This document shows, one piece after another, positions 48,037 to 57,879 of a stretch of DNA of 64,000 nucleotides. Source of the DNA: an uncultured delta proteobacterium. GTDB taxonomy: Bacteria; Desulfobacterota; Desulfobacteria; Desulfobacterales; JAHEIW01. Made by a program: the position numbers and the translations under genes. How positions within the stretch are numbered: position 1 is the first letter of the stretch; the number at the start of each line of letters is the position of its first letter. The notes under the pieces were generated by a model. It was not told the DNA's origin, ran no database searches, and saw only the letters and a program-made list of their open reading frames with translations. The DNA lies in NCBI GenBank assembly GCA_963706575.1, contig CAVPNL010000001.1:256001-320000 (forward strand). The letters are read 5' to 3'.

Positions 48037-49683
48037 CTATCCGCGCTCCTTTTTGTCTTGCTTTTCCCTGTCCCACCGGCGCAGCTCTCTTCGGAGGATT
48101 TTGCCGGAGGATGTTTTTGGAAGCTCTTTCAGAAACTCGATTTCCCTCGGATATTTATAAGGTGCAATGATGTTTTTGACATGATCTTGAAGCGCCTTGG
48201 CCAATTCCGGTGTGGAATCGTAGCCGTCATGCAGGACAACCCAGGCTTTCACTTTTTCACCCATTTCCGGATCCTTGACACCGGCCACGCCGGACTCCAG
48301 CACGGCTTCATGTTCCTGCAGCGCTGTTTCAACATCAGCCGGTGAGATGCGGTACCCATGACAGGTCATGATATCGTCGGATCTGGCGCCGTACCAGAAA
48401 TAGCCATCTTCATCCATATGGGCCAGGTCTTTGGTATCATACCAGTTGTCGGGGAGAGAAACGTCTTTCATTTGTGCGGGCATCTTAAAGTACTCCGTAA
48501 AAAGGCCCGGATGATCATTGCGAATGGCAAGATGGCCCATTTCACCCGGCGCAAGGCGCTCACCCTTGTCATTTACAATCGCGACTTCAATTCCCGGGAG
48601 GGGTTTTCCCATGGACCCGATCTTCACCGGCAACTGGGTCTGGGTCGTGCAGAATTCGTGGGCTTCGGTTTGTCCCATGCTGTCAATAATTTTAACGCCG
48701 AATCGTCTCTTCCATTCACGCCAGGTCTCGGCCAGCAGAGGTTCTCCGGAACTAAGGCAGTATTTTAAGGAACCGGTATCGTATTTTTTCTCGGCATCTT
48801 TGACCGCCAGCATCATTCGATATATCGTCGGAGTGCCTGCAAATATGGTGATTTTGAAATTCTGGATGTATTCATAAGCCCTTTCGGAATCAAAACGCTC
48901 ATCCGCGTAAATGGCGGTGGCAACCCCCCATCTGAAGGCAAATAAAAAATTATGTCCCAGGGCATACATCCAGGTCAGGGCGGTTGGACCGCCGCAGATA
49001 TCGCCTTTTTCCAACCCCATGGTAAATTTGCCGATGGGATCTCCGGCGCCAATGATAAACCGATGGCCGTGGACGACCCCTTTGGGCGCACCGGTAGTTC
49101 CCGAGGTGTACAGGAAATATGCGGGATCATCTTTATGGGTTTCCACAAATGGCAGGGATGCGGCGTCCTCCTTTAGAAGGTCTGCGTAAGAAATCTGATC
49201 GCCTTGCGTATCGCCGATGACAATGACGTGCTTGAGGGTTTCACACTTGGGTCGTATGTTCTCTATGGCTTCTATATAGCTGCTGGTCGTGATGACAGCC
49301 GCGGCCTCGCTATTGTTGATAATATGCTCCAGTTCATATTCTCGCAGCATGGTGCTGGTTGGGATGGGGACCGCCCCGATTTTCTGTCCGCCAAGAAAGG
49401 AAACCATGTATTCCGGCCGGTTGGGGGTCCGGATGAGATAGGTATCGCCTTTCGATATGCCGAGCCGGTGCAGGGCACTGGCAAAACGATCGGTCATATC
49501 TTTTAGATCCTGATAGGTGATTTGCTGATCTTTGTAGTAGATCGCAACATCCTGCCCACGGCCATGCTGCGCCCAATAGTCAACGATGAGCCTGGCCATA
49601 TTCAATTTTTCAGGAATCTCCAATCGGAAAAATCCTTTAGAATCCATCCGTTGAAAAGTTTCGTCCATTTGATCGGATTTCAT
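48037..49683 (-). CDS. AMP-forming acyl-CoA synthetase (benzoate/medium-chain CoA ligase-like)
   Basis: YTSGTTGAPKG, SSGEPL, MGQTE, RSDD, PYKYPRE, LPKTSSGKI. Confidence 0.93.
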   Translation of the reverse strand: MKSDQMDETFQRMDSKGFFRLEIPEKLNMARLIVDYWAQHGRGQDVAIYYKDQQITYQDLKDMTDRFASALHRLGISKGDTYLIRTPNRPEYMVSFLGGQKIGAVPIPTSTMLREYELEHIINNSEAAAVITTSSYIEAIENIRPKCETLKHVIVIGDTQGDQISYADLLKEDAASLPFVETHKDDPAYFLYTSGTTGAPKGVVHGHRFIIGAGDPIGKFTMGLEKGDICGGPTALTWMYALGHNFLFAFRWGVATAIYADERFDSERAYEYIQNFKITIFAGTPTIYRMMLAVKDAEKKYDTGSLKYCLSSGEPLLAETWREWKRRFGVKIIDSMGQTEAHEFCTTQTQLPVKIGSMGKPLPGIEVAIVNDKGERLAPGEMGHLAIRNDHPGLFTEYFKMPAQMKDVSLPDNWYDTKDLAHMDEDGYFWYGARSDDIMTCHGYRISPADVETALQEHEAVLESGVAGVKDPEMGEKVKAWVVLHDGYDSTPELAKALQDHVKNIIAPYKYPREIEFLKELPKTSSGKILRRELRRWDREKQDKKERG

Positions 49684-49695
49684 TTGATTTCCCCT

Positions 49696-50370
49696 TTATT
49701 TTTCTTCCTGGGTTTCAATTTTATCGGCGATCGTCTTCTCGGTGTTTTCAAGATGACAAATCAAGGCGTGAAAGGCCTTAAGCGGATTTTCTTCTTTAAG
49801 ACCGGCAAAAATAGCGCGATGCTCATCAATCACCTGTTTCATCCGAGAGTAATCTTCGATGGCTCTGACGCCCATGAGGTGCATCTGATCTCTCAGGTTG
49901 TCGAGAATCGATTCGATTTGCTGGTTTCCAATCTTGGAGGCCAGATAAAGGTGAAATTGTTTGTCGTATTCGATAAAGCCCAGCCTTTCAGTCCGGTTTA
50001 GCATCTTTTCCTGATTGCTGATGTTTTTATCGATTTCCTTAATATCCGCTTCAGTAAGCCGCGTGGTAATTTTTTTTATAACGTAACCCTCGATAATTCG
50101 ACGAATTTCAAAAACTTCCCGAACCTGCTGGGTCGTAAGCTTGCAGATCTCAACGCCTTTTCCCGGAACAAAGGCGACCATGCCCTCGCGGCTCAATTCT
50201 AACAGGGCTTCTCTTACCGGTGTGCGAGAAACCCCGAGTGCCTCGGCCAGTCTCTTCTCGTTCTGCAGTTCGCCCGGTTCGAGGGCGCCGGTGATGATCA
50301 GTTCTTTGAGCTTATCAAAGGCCTGTTCTTTCAGTGACTTCGCACGAGAGATGGGTATTATTTGCTCCAT
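49696..50370 (-). CDS. GntR-family (FCD) transcriptional regulator
   Basis: LAEALGVSRTPVREAL, DKQFH, EHRAI; start 50370 or 50391. Confidence 0.94.
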   Translation of the reverse strand: MEQIIPISRAKSLKEQAFDKLKELIITGALEPGELQNEKRLAEALGVSRTPVREALLELSREGMVAFVPGKGVEICKLTTQQVREVFEIRRIIEGYVIKKITTRLTEADIKEIDKNISNQEKMLNRTERLGFIEYDKQFHLYLASKIGNQQIESILDNLRDQMHLMGVRAIEDYSRMKQVIDEHRAIFAGLKEENPLKAFHALICHLENTEKTIADKIETQEEK

Positions 50371-50440
50371 ATTCGGTCCTTTTATTGACAATTTAATAAA
50401 GAAAACAATTAGTTATACGGTTATTGGCCTGAATGAGTGT

Positions 50441-50618
50441 GTGATATATCGAATATTGCATACCGACATGGCGGGGCGATGTCAATAAGAAATTGTAAAA
50501 TATATTCGCGCATAATTGAATCGTAAAACGTGCCGCCAGGCACCTTAAGCCAGGTTTTGGAGAAGCCATCAAAATATTTGACTTGAAATATTGTATGTAG
50601 TATGCAACATGCAACATA
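50441..50618. promoter_or_regulatory. Divergent promoter region with 7-bp periodic YATGCAA repeats (putative GntR operators)
   Basis: Plus strand TATGTAG TATGCAA CATGCAA CATA (50594-50618); minus strand TATGCAA TATTCGA TATATCA (50462-50442), downstream of a minus-strand TTGACA (50480-50485). Confidence 0.45.
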
Positions 50619-50672
50619 ACCTGAAATCAAATCACCTGCGGGTGGCTTCACCCGATCCAGCCGGTAAGTGCA

Positions 50673-51344
50673 ATGGAAAACCTGAGCAAATTAGAACCGC
50701 CGGGCACCTTACAGAACCTGGCCTACGAAAGAATCAAAACCCTTTTGATTAACGGCCAATTGGAATTTGATGAAGTTTATTCCGCCAATCAATTTGCAGA
50801 ACTATTGGGTGTATCGCGTACGCCGATTCGCGAGGCACTTCTGCAGCTGACTGCCGAAGGGTTTTTCATTTCCCTCAGAGGAAGGGGCTTTAAGATTAAA
50901 GAATTTTCTGAAAAAGAAATCAGAGATTTCTTTGAAACCCGAAAAATGATTGAATCCTATGTGATCGAACAACTGGTGGAAGCGGTCACTGAAGAAGATT
51001 TAGAACCGCTTGAGGACAGTTTAGAAAGGATGCTCAATGGTCACGACCGGGAGGAAATTTACCGCTTTCTGGATGCCGACAAATCTTTTCATATGAATCT
51101 AATCCATCGCTATAAAAATAATTTACTTGAATCCATCATGGAAAATATTCGTGATTTTATTTCTATCTTTGGGCAGAAAGCGCTGAGGAGCCCCGGAAGG
51201 GTTCAGGAAGTTATCCGAGAGCATCAATGTATTGTCAAGGCATTACGACAAAATGATAAAAACAAAGCCGTGCAGGCCATCAATGACCATTTAGATGCAA
51301 CCGAGAAATCATTAATCGAAAATTTACACCACAAATCGGGGTGA
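50673..51344 (+). CDS. GntR-family (FCD) transcriptional regulator
   Basis: AELLGVSRTPIREAL, DKSFH, EHQCI. Confidence 0.94.
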   Translation: MENLSKLEPPGTLQNLAYERIKTLLINGQLEFDEVYSANQFAELLGVSRTPIREALLQLTAEGFFISLRGRGFKIKEFSEKEIRDFFETRKMIESYVIEQLVEAVTEEDLEPLEDSLERMLNGHDREEIYRFLDADKSFHMNLIHRYKNNLLESIMENIRDFISIFGQKALRSPGRVQEVIREHQCIVKALRQNDKNKAVQAINDHLDATEKSLIENLHHKSG

Positions 51345-51391
51345 TGACGCTGTGATCCGCAATACCCCCTCGAACAAAGAGAGGTGAAGCG

Positions 51392-52162
51392 ATGAGAGTG
51401 ACCAGTATCCAGCTTGGACTGGAAGACCGTCCCAAAGAGAAAAATGTTGAACATGCCCTCGGCCTGATCGACCAGGCACCGGATAGTGAACTTTTCCTGC
51501 TGCCGGAAATCTGGCCCTGCGGTTTTTTTTGTTTTGATCGCTACAAAAGCGACAGTGAATCCGTTGATGGCGCGATTGTCACTGCTTTCCAGGAAAAGGC
51601 CCGGGAGAAAAATTGTCACATTCTTATGGGAAGTATGGTCGAAAACGATGGTGACGATTATTACAATACCAGCATTTTTTTAAATCCCAGCGGTGAAATT
51701 GCAGCCCGCTACCGTAAAATTCACCTTTTTGGCTATCAATCTGACGAGACCGAAATCCTGACTCCCGGCAAAGAAGTTGTGGTGACCGAAACACCCTGGG
51801 GCGTCAGCGGTTTTTCAACCTGTTATGATTTGCGCTTCCCCGAGCTTTTTCGGAGCATGGTGGATAACGGCGCCCGGTTCTTTCTGGTGGCATCCGCCTG
51901 GCCGCAGGTACGTCTGGAAGCCTGGCGACTGTTTAACCGGGCGCGGGCGCACGAGAACCTTGCCTTTCTTATTTCGTGCAATTGCGCCGGCGCCAACGCC
52001 GGCAAACAATATGCCGGTCACAGCATGATCGTTGACCCGCTGGGGCAGGTCATCGCAGAAGGGGGTGAAGAAGAGCAACTGGTGACGGCCGAGATCGATC
52101 CGGGTCTTGTCGATACGGTGCGCCAGGATTTCAGTGCCTTGGACGATCGGGTTTTGAAATGA
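51392..52162 (+). CDS. Carbon-nitrogen hydrolase (Nit/omega-amidase-like)
   Basis: Catalytic triad LPE, YRKIHLF, TCYDLRFPE; also RARAHEN and GHSMIVDP. Confidence 0.93.
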   Translation: MRVTSIQLGLEDRPKEKNVEHALGLIDQAPDSELFLLPEIWPCGFFCFDRYKSDSESVDGAIVTAFQEKAREKNCHILMGSMVENDGDDYYNTSIFLNPSGEIAARYRKIHLFGYQSDETEILTPGKEVVVTETPWGVSGFSTCYDLRFPELFRSMVDNGARFFLVASAWPQVRLEAWRLFNRARAHENLAFLISCNCAGANAGKQYAGHSMIVDPLGQVIAEGGEEEQLVTAEIDPGLVDTVRQDFSALDDRVLK

Positions 52163-52196
52163 TGGCCAACCCTTAATCATCTAGAAAGGAAAAATC

Positions 52197-52562
52197 ATGC
52201 TAAAAGAACATCTGGAATTTTTTGCCTTAGACCTCTCGGTTGGCTGGGAAACACCGCCGGGTTACCCCGAAGGAATCGAACAGAAGATTCTGGCGGGATC
52301 GCTGGATGAGGAAAATAAAAAAGGATCCCGCACCCGCCTGCTGCGGTTTCAACCCGGCGCCTTCACCACTGAACCGTTTGAACACGATCACTGGGAAGAA
52401 GTTTTTCTGGTATCCGGTTCACTGACCGTTGGGGAAGAGACATTTCAGCCTTACACGTATGCCTGCAGGCCACCCAACACTCCGCACGGTCCTTTCAGCA
52501 GTCAGGACGGGTGCCTGCTTGTCGAAACGCATTTTTACGAAGCAGCGGGACAAATTGTTTAA
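52197..52562 (+). CDS. Small cupin-domain protein (ChrR-like cupin)
   Basis: RTRLLRFQPG, HDHWEEVF, YACRPPNTPHGPF. Confidence 0.85.
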   Translation: MLKEHLEFFALDLSVGWETPPGYPEGIEQKILAGSLDEENKKGSRTRLLRFQPGAFTTEPFEHDHWEEVFLVSGSLTVGEETFQPYTYACRPPNTPHGPFSSQDGCLLVETHFYEAAGQIV

Positions 52563-52652
52563 TTTGACATTTATTCCGAATTGATCATGTAAAAGCACGG
52601 TATCAACCCTTTAACCGGCTGTTTCACTGATGCCAAAATAGGAGGAGGGATT

Positions 52653-53852
52653 ATGACAACACTTAAAAGACACCAAAAAGTCAAATTCGTACTGGTAATA
52701 GCCGCTGTGGCTATCATCAGTCTGGCCATTTCCCTGCCGGCAGTCCATGCCGGGCAGCCCATTAAAATAGGCGTTGCCTACGGTCTGCAAGGTGTGTGGA
52801 GTGACTGGTGCAAGAAAAACATCGTGGCGGTTGAAATGGCGGTCGAAGAAATCAATGCCGCCGGCGGGGTGAACGGAATGCCGCTGGAGACCATTATATA
52901 CGATACGGCCAGCAAACCGGCCGAAGCCACCCGCCTGGTGCGTAAACTGGCCACCGATGACAAGGTTTTAGCCATTTTAGGACCCTTTTCCAGCTCCGAG
53001 TGCGAGGTGGCCTTTCCGGTAGGTAACCGCATCGGGATTGTCATGATCTCCCAGGCGTCTTCCAAACCGGGGGTTGCCGCCAAGTGGCCTTACGCCTTTC
53101 GCAATAAAATCGATGAGCTCAGACTGGCCTTTCCGGCCATCAAAAAATGGATGATGATTCATAAAATTAAAACCGTGGCCATCGTTCATGATGCCAAGGA
53201 CGCCGTCGGTCGTGCATTGGGTACCATGGTTTTGCCGGGAGTCAGCAAAAAGCTGGGACTTCAGATCGTCAACGAAGGTAACTATGTGACCTATACCACC
53301 GGTGATTTCGACATGCGGCCGCAGGTGACAAAGCTTAAAAGTATGCAATTTGACGGCCTGGTGTTTGGCGGTCTTTACATGGACGGCGTCACGTTTATCA
53401 AAGAAGCCCGGCGCCAGGGTCTTAATCAGCCCATGGTCGGGGGCAATCCGCTGATGAGTTTGCAATTTCCCCGCAAGGGCGGCAAGGCAGCGCAAGGTGT
53501 TTTTACATCTTCGGAATTTTATTACTGGATGGAAGAACCCAAGGTGCAGAAGTTTACCAAAGAGTTTATCAATAGGGCCAAGGCCAAAGGCATCGATCCT
53601 CCCGAGCCGTTGCAGTTTGACGTCAATGTCTACGATGCCATTTACATGCTGGCGCATGTCATCAAACAAAACGGCATTACCAACAAACCCGCAGACCTGG
53701 CGCGGGATCGTGAACTGATCATGAAGGGCCTGACCGATCTAAAAGACTTTCCGGGACTGGCCAGCAAGATCAGATTTAACGATAAGGGCGATGCTGTCAG
53801 AGACGTTTATGTCGTCAAGGCCCAGGGCGATGAATGGGTCCTGGTTGAATAG
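52653..53852 (+). CDS. livK: Liv-type ABC substrate-binding protein
   Basis: Signal peptide, IKIGV, EEINAAGGVNG, YAFRN; C-terminus resembles 38366-39544. Confidence 0.9.
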   Translation: MTTLKRHQKVKFVLVIAAVAIISLAISLPAVHAGQPIKIGVAYGLQGVWSDWCKKNIVAVEMAVEEINAAGGVNGMPLETIIYDTASKPAEATRLVRKLATDDKVLAILGPFSSSECEVAFPVGNRIGIVMISQASSKPGVAAKWPYAFRNKIDELRLAFPAIKKWMMIHKIKTVAIVHDAKDAVGRALGTMVLPGVSKKLGLQIVNEGNYVTYTTGDFDMRPQVTKLKSMQFDGLVFGGLYMDGVTFIKEARRQGLNQPMVGGNPLMSLQFPRKGGKAAQGVFTSSEFYYWMEEPKVQKFTKEFINRAKAKGIDPPEPLQFDVNVYDAIYMLAHVIKQNGITNKPADLARDRELIMKGLTDLKDFPGLASKIRFNDKGDAVRDVYVVKAQGDEWVLVE

Positions 53853-53857
53853 AACCT

Positions 53858-53891
53858 GTGCGTTCCCGCAATTGAAGCAGCGGGAGCGCAC
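53858..53891 (+). terminator. Stem-loop after the binding-protein gene (mRNA stabiliser or partial terminator)
   Basis: GTGCGTTCCCGC-loop-GCGGGAGCGCAC with no long U tract. Confidence 0.5.
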
Positions 53892-53924
53892 TTAATCCAT
53901 ATTTGATACAAAAAGGGTGCTGAA

Positions 53925-55310
53925 ATGTTTTATGTCCTTTTTGCTTTAATTTGTATTTATGCCATCTTTACGCTCTGGTTTTCGATAAGCGCTTTTTGGG
54001 AGAAAGAACGCCAAGCCGGGATCAGAGGTCTGATTTGCACGTTTGCGATGGTGGTTTTTTTATTTTTCTACGCCCAGGCTCAGGCCGGCGGTATGTTAGA
54101 TGGAACATTTGTGAAAATCCTCCAGGGCATTATTGCTGCGCTGATGATCCTGTTTACGATTTCGATGTTTGTTCCCATCGGTCGCCGACCCGAAGCCCTG
54201 AAAGGAACCGAGGGGATGCGCCAAGGCGAGACAGAACGGTTCAACCAGAAGGATACGGCCTTCAATATTGCCCATGTGGGCGCATACGGTCCTGAAGTGA
54301 GCAAACAGCGCTGGGCTCTTCAGAGCCGGGATCCTTTCGGGGGCATCTACTGGACGCTTGTAATGGGATTGCGGCCGCAGGCGGACGGCAAGGTCAACCC
54401 GCAAAGACAGGATGGTTTTTCTAGCGAAGAGATCACAAAGGAAATCAAACGAACCGCCCGTTATTGCGGGGCGGATCTGGTGGGCATTACCAAAGTCAAA
54501 CAGGATTTTTGTTACAGTGAAACGTTTTCATATGAGGAATCCAAACTGGGTACCGGACCCGCGGTGACATCACCGGTAGATATAAAACATAAATATGTCA
54601 TCGTTTTAGGCCGCGAAATGAATTTTCATCGAATACAGAACACCCTCTCTTCGAAGAATGATGAAAGTCTGGGTGAAATCGGAAAGACCTACTATGAACT
54701 GGCCCAGATTGCCTGTGCGTTGGCGGCATTCATCCGACAGCTGGGTTATTCCGCCAAAGCCCATCATGTGCGCAATGAACAGGTTTTGCAGGTACCGTAT
54801 GCGGTTGATGCCGGCCTCGGTGAACAGGGGCGCCATAACTATATCATTAGCGAAAAATACGGTCCACGGGTACGACTGGCAACGGTGACAACCGACCTCG
54901 AATTGATCGAAGACAAACCGGTCGATATCGGCGTACAGGATTTTTGCGAAAGCTGCCGATTATGCGAAATCAACTGCCCGGCCCAGGCCTTGGCCGCTGA
55001 AAAGACCGAGGTCAGAGGATACCGTAAGTGGCCCCAAGACTATACCAAATGCTTTGGATTCTGGGTTACAGGCGGCAATACGTTTGGCTGTACACTGTGT
55101 TTGAAAGTCTGCCCCTGGAACAAGCCCCGTACGTTTGTTCATCGCGTCAGTATGTATGGCGCCGCGCGTTCGATTGTGGCCCGCCGGGTCCTTTACTGGA
55201 TCTCGCTGATCTTTTACGGCAAACTCTATCGCTGGAAACGACTGCCGTTGCCGGATGAGATCGAGATGCCCCCGGAGACCCAGAGCTGGGGCAAGCAATC
55301 ATCAAATTAG
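53925..55310 (+). CDS. rdhA: Reductive dehalogenase homologue with three N-terminal transmembrane helices ('hybrid' RdhA)
   Basis: GADLVGIT, AVDAGLGEQGR...YGPRVRLATVTTDL, FCESCRLCEINCP, CFGFW...CTLCLKVCPWNKP. Residues 1-85 contain three hydrophobic segments and no RRxFLK. Confidence 0.85.
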   Translation: MFYVLFALICIYAIFTLWFSISAFWEKERQAGIRGLICTFAMVVFLFFYAQAQAGGMLDGTFVKILQGIIAALMILFTISMFVPIGRRPEALKGTEGMRQGETERFNQKDTAFNIAHVGAYGPEVSKQRWALQSRDPFGGIYWTLVMGLRPQADGKVNPQRQDGFSSEEITKEIKRTARYCGADLVGITKVKQDFCYSETFSYEESKLGTGPAVTSPVDIKHKYVIVLGREMNFHRIQNTLSSKNDESLGEIGKTYYELAQIACALAAFIRQLGYSAKAHHVRNEQVLQVPYAVDAGLGEQGRHNYIISEKYGPRVRLATVTTDLELIEDKPVDIGVQDFCESCRLCEINCPAQALAAEKTEVRGYRKWPQDYTKCFGFWVTGGNTFGCTLCLKVCPWNKPRTFVHRVSMYGAARSIVARRVLYWISLIFYGKLYRWKRLPLPDEIEMPPETQSWGKQSSN

Positions 55311-55376
55311 TTGGATTAAACTCTAGGGTGCCGGTTTTTGGGGTAGCTGGATCGGTCATATCTGAAAGGAACAACA

Positions 55377-56253
55377 TTGTTTTTACAGCAGCTTTTTAAC
55401 GGCATTATGCTGGGCAGTACATATGCATTGATCGCCATCTCGTTTACCCTGTTGATGGGGGTCTTGAACATGCTCAATTTTGCCATTGGCGAACTTTTTA
55501 TGCTGGGCGCTGTTTTTGGGCTGACCTTTGTCAATTTTGGAATGCCGTTCTACCTCGCTTTTCCTCTGGCAATGATCTGTACGGGTTGCGTTTGCTTGAT
55601 TATCGAACGCTTTTCTTTTCGACCACTACGCAACGCGCCACCGTCAATTCCCTTGCTCAGCACCATGGGATTTTCGATTTTAATCGGAAGCACAGCTGAA
55701 AATATCTGGGGATCCGAGCGATCCCAATTTCCCCAGTGGATCGAGCCTGTAGATTTTTATATCGGACCGGTTCTGATCTCATCCACCGAACTCATCATCC
55801 TTGCGGCGGCGGTGGTTATCATGATCGGCTTGGATCTATTTCATTCAGCGCACGCGGATCGGTCGCGGTATGCGCGCGGTGGCCGAAAACATCGATACGG
55901 CCAGTATTTTGGGAGTTGATTCCAATCTGATTATTCCGGCTGCTTTTTTTGCCTCAGGTGCCTTGGCGGGTGCCAGCGGGATCCTATTTGGGCTGAGCTT
56001 TTCCATCGTATCCCCCTTTATGGGAATGGCGCCCGGAATTAAAGGGATTGCGGCGATGATTGTGGGCGGCATGGGAAATATCAGGGGGGCTATCGTCGGA
56101 GGCATGTTGATCGGTATCATTGAAGTGCTCAGTGTGGGATATCTGGGCGCGACTGCGAAGGATTTTGCGGTATACGGTGCATTATTTCTGGCGCTGGTCA
56201 TCCGGCCGCAGGGAATTCTGGGAATGCTCCAGACTGAAAGAGAGAGGATTTAA
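55377..56253 (+). pseudogene. livH: Liv-type permease LivH split by a +1 frameshift (probable sequencing error)
   Basis: CTA TTT C ATT CAG CGC at 55836-55851; removing one T restores ..LFIQRTRIGRGMRAVAEN.. Confidence 0.85.
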
Positions 56254-56255
56254 CG

Positions 56256-57115
56256 GTGAGTATCTATCATCTGGACCTGCTTTCGGCACTGGGAATAAAC
56301 ATATTGTTGGCCCTGAGTGTTTACTGCCCCATGGTCACCGGGCAGCTTTCCATTGGCAATGCCGGTTTTATGGCCATCGGGGCGTATATTTCAGCGATGT
56401 TGACCGTTCATCTTCATATTCCGCTATTTGCGGCATTGATTGCGGCCGGTGTCGTCGCCGGATTCATCGGCCTGCTGGTGGGGTTCCCGGCCCTCAGGTT
56501 AAAGGGTCTTTTTCTGGCCATGGCGACCCTTGGATTTGGTGAGATCGTCCGCAATTTTTTTATGAATTTTCTTGAGCCCTTAACCGGCGGGGCCTATGGT
56601 TTTAGAGGTATCGGCAGCGATCCGATCTCGGTCTTCTGGATCTGGGGCTGGGTCATATTCTTTTTAATCTTTCTGCATTTCCTTTCACGCTCGCGGATGG
56701 GTCTGGCCATGCTGGCCACCCACGATGACGAAACGGTCAGCGAACTTATGGGTATTAACATCGTTCGCTTAAAGATCGGGGCATTTGGCCTGGGTGCATT
56801 TATTGCCGGTGTCGCCGGTGGTTTGTTTGCCCATTATTACCTTTACATCGAACCGGAGTTTTTTAATGTATGGAAGTCGATTTACATGGTGCTTTTTGTG
56901 ATCATGGGCGGCATGTTGACGGTTTGGGGTGGCGTCATGGGTGCCGCTTTTTTACATTGCTACCCGAATTTACCCGGGTTTTGCATGATTGGCGCGGTGC
57001 GTTTTTTGGATTGGTTATTATTGTGCTGATGATTATTCGGCCTTCGGGGATTCTAACCCGGGATATGTTTCGCTGGGATTTTTGGCGGCCATCGTTAAAG
57101 GAGGCCAAATCTTGA
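56256..57115 (+). pseudogene. livM: Liv-type permease LivM split by a -1 frameshift in a T6 run (probable sequencing error)
   Basis: T6 at 56948-56953; a T7 restores GAAFFTLLPEFTRVL...RPSGIL. Confidence 0.85.
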
Positions 57116-57879
57116 ATTCGACACCGATTTTAAGTTTAAAGGATGTTGAAAAAAAATTCGGCGGGTTAACTGCCGTAGGCAGCTTGAATATGCAGGTCTT
57201 TCCGGGGCAAATTTGTGGTCTCATCGGTCCGAACGGTGCTGGCAAGACCACGGTCTTTAATTTAATCACCGGGGTTTACCCCTGCGATGGAGGCGAGGTT
57301 TTTATAAGCGATCGGGAAATAACTTCTGCCAAGCCCTATCGGATCACACGAATGGGTGTTGCGCGTACCTTTCAGACCATTCGGCTCTTTGCGAATCTGA
57401 CCACCTGGGAGCATATTTTGATCGCTCAGAATTTTTTAGCTCGAAGTCACAATGGCAGGCGGTTGCTGCCGGACAGGCAGCGCGAAAAGGAACTAAAGGC
57501 CGAGGCTCAGGAAATTCTCACCCTGCTCGATTTATGGCAAGACCGGCAACGCAAAGCGGTAACACTTCCTTACGGCAGTCAACGCAGAGTAGAAATTGCC
57601 AGGGCGCTGGCCACCCGTCCCAAACTGCTGCTGCTGGATGAGCCGGCCGCCGGAATGAATATGCGCGAGACCGAGGATTTGCTCCATATCATCACAAAAA
57701 TACATGCACAAAAACAGGGCATGGCGATCCTGGTGATCGACCACGACATGGATTTTGTTATGAAAATTTGCGAATATATTTTTGTTCTGAATTTCGGTAT
57801 TAAAATTACGGAGGGAGCGCCGGATGACATTCAGCAGGACGAGAAGGTCAAAGAAGCCTATCTGGGGAAGGAGGAATAG
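57112..57879 (+). CDS. livG: Liv-type ABC ATP-binding protein
   Basis: GPNGAGKTT, VARTFQ, DEPAAGMN; the TTG start overlaps the livM stop. Confidence 0.92.
   Translation: MNSTPILSLKDVEKKFGGLTAVGSLNMQVFPGQICGLIGPNGAGKTTVFNLITGVYPCDGGEVFISDREITSAKPYRITRMGVARTFQTIRLFANLTTWEHILIAQNFLARSHNGRRLLPDRQREKELKAEAQEILTLLDLWQDRQRKAVTLPYGSQRRVEIARALATRPKLLLLDEPAAGMNMRETEDLLHIITKIHAQKQGMAILVIDHDMDFVMKICEYIFVLNFGIKITEGAPDDIQQDEKVKEAYLGKEE

Noticed and set aside
51392..52162. True nitrilase (bromoxynil-type pathway)
   Set aside because: The nucleophile motif is CYD with YRKIHLF, typical of amidase/Nit branches, not the CWE of aromatic nitrilases.
52977..53669. 230-aa minus-strand ORF
   Set aside because: Antisense shadow of livK.
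56948..56953. Programmed frameshift or phase variation in livM
   Set aside because: A T6 run is short for phase variation, there is no evident stimulatory structure, and neighbouring indels point to sequencing error.
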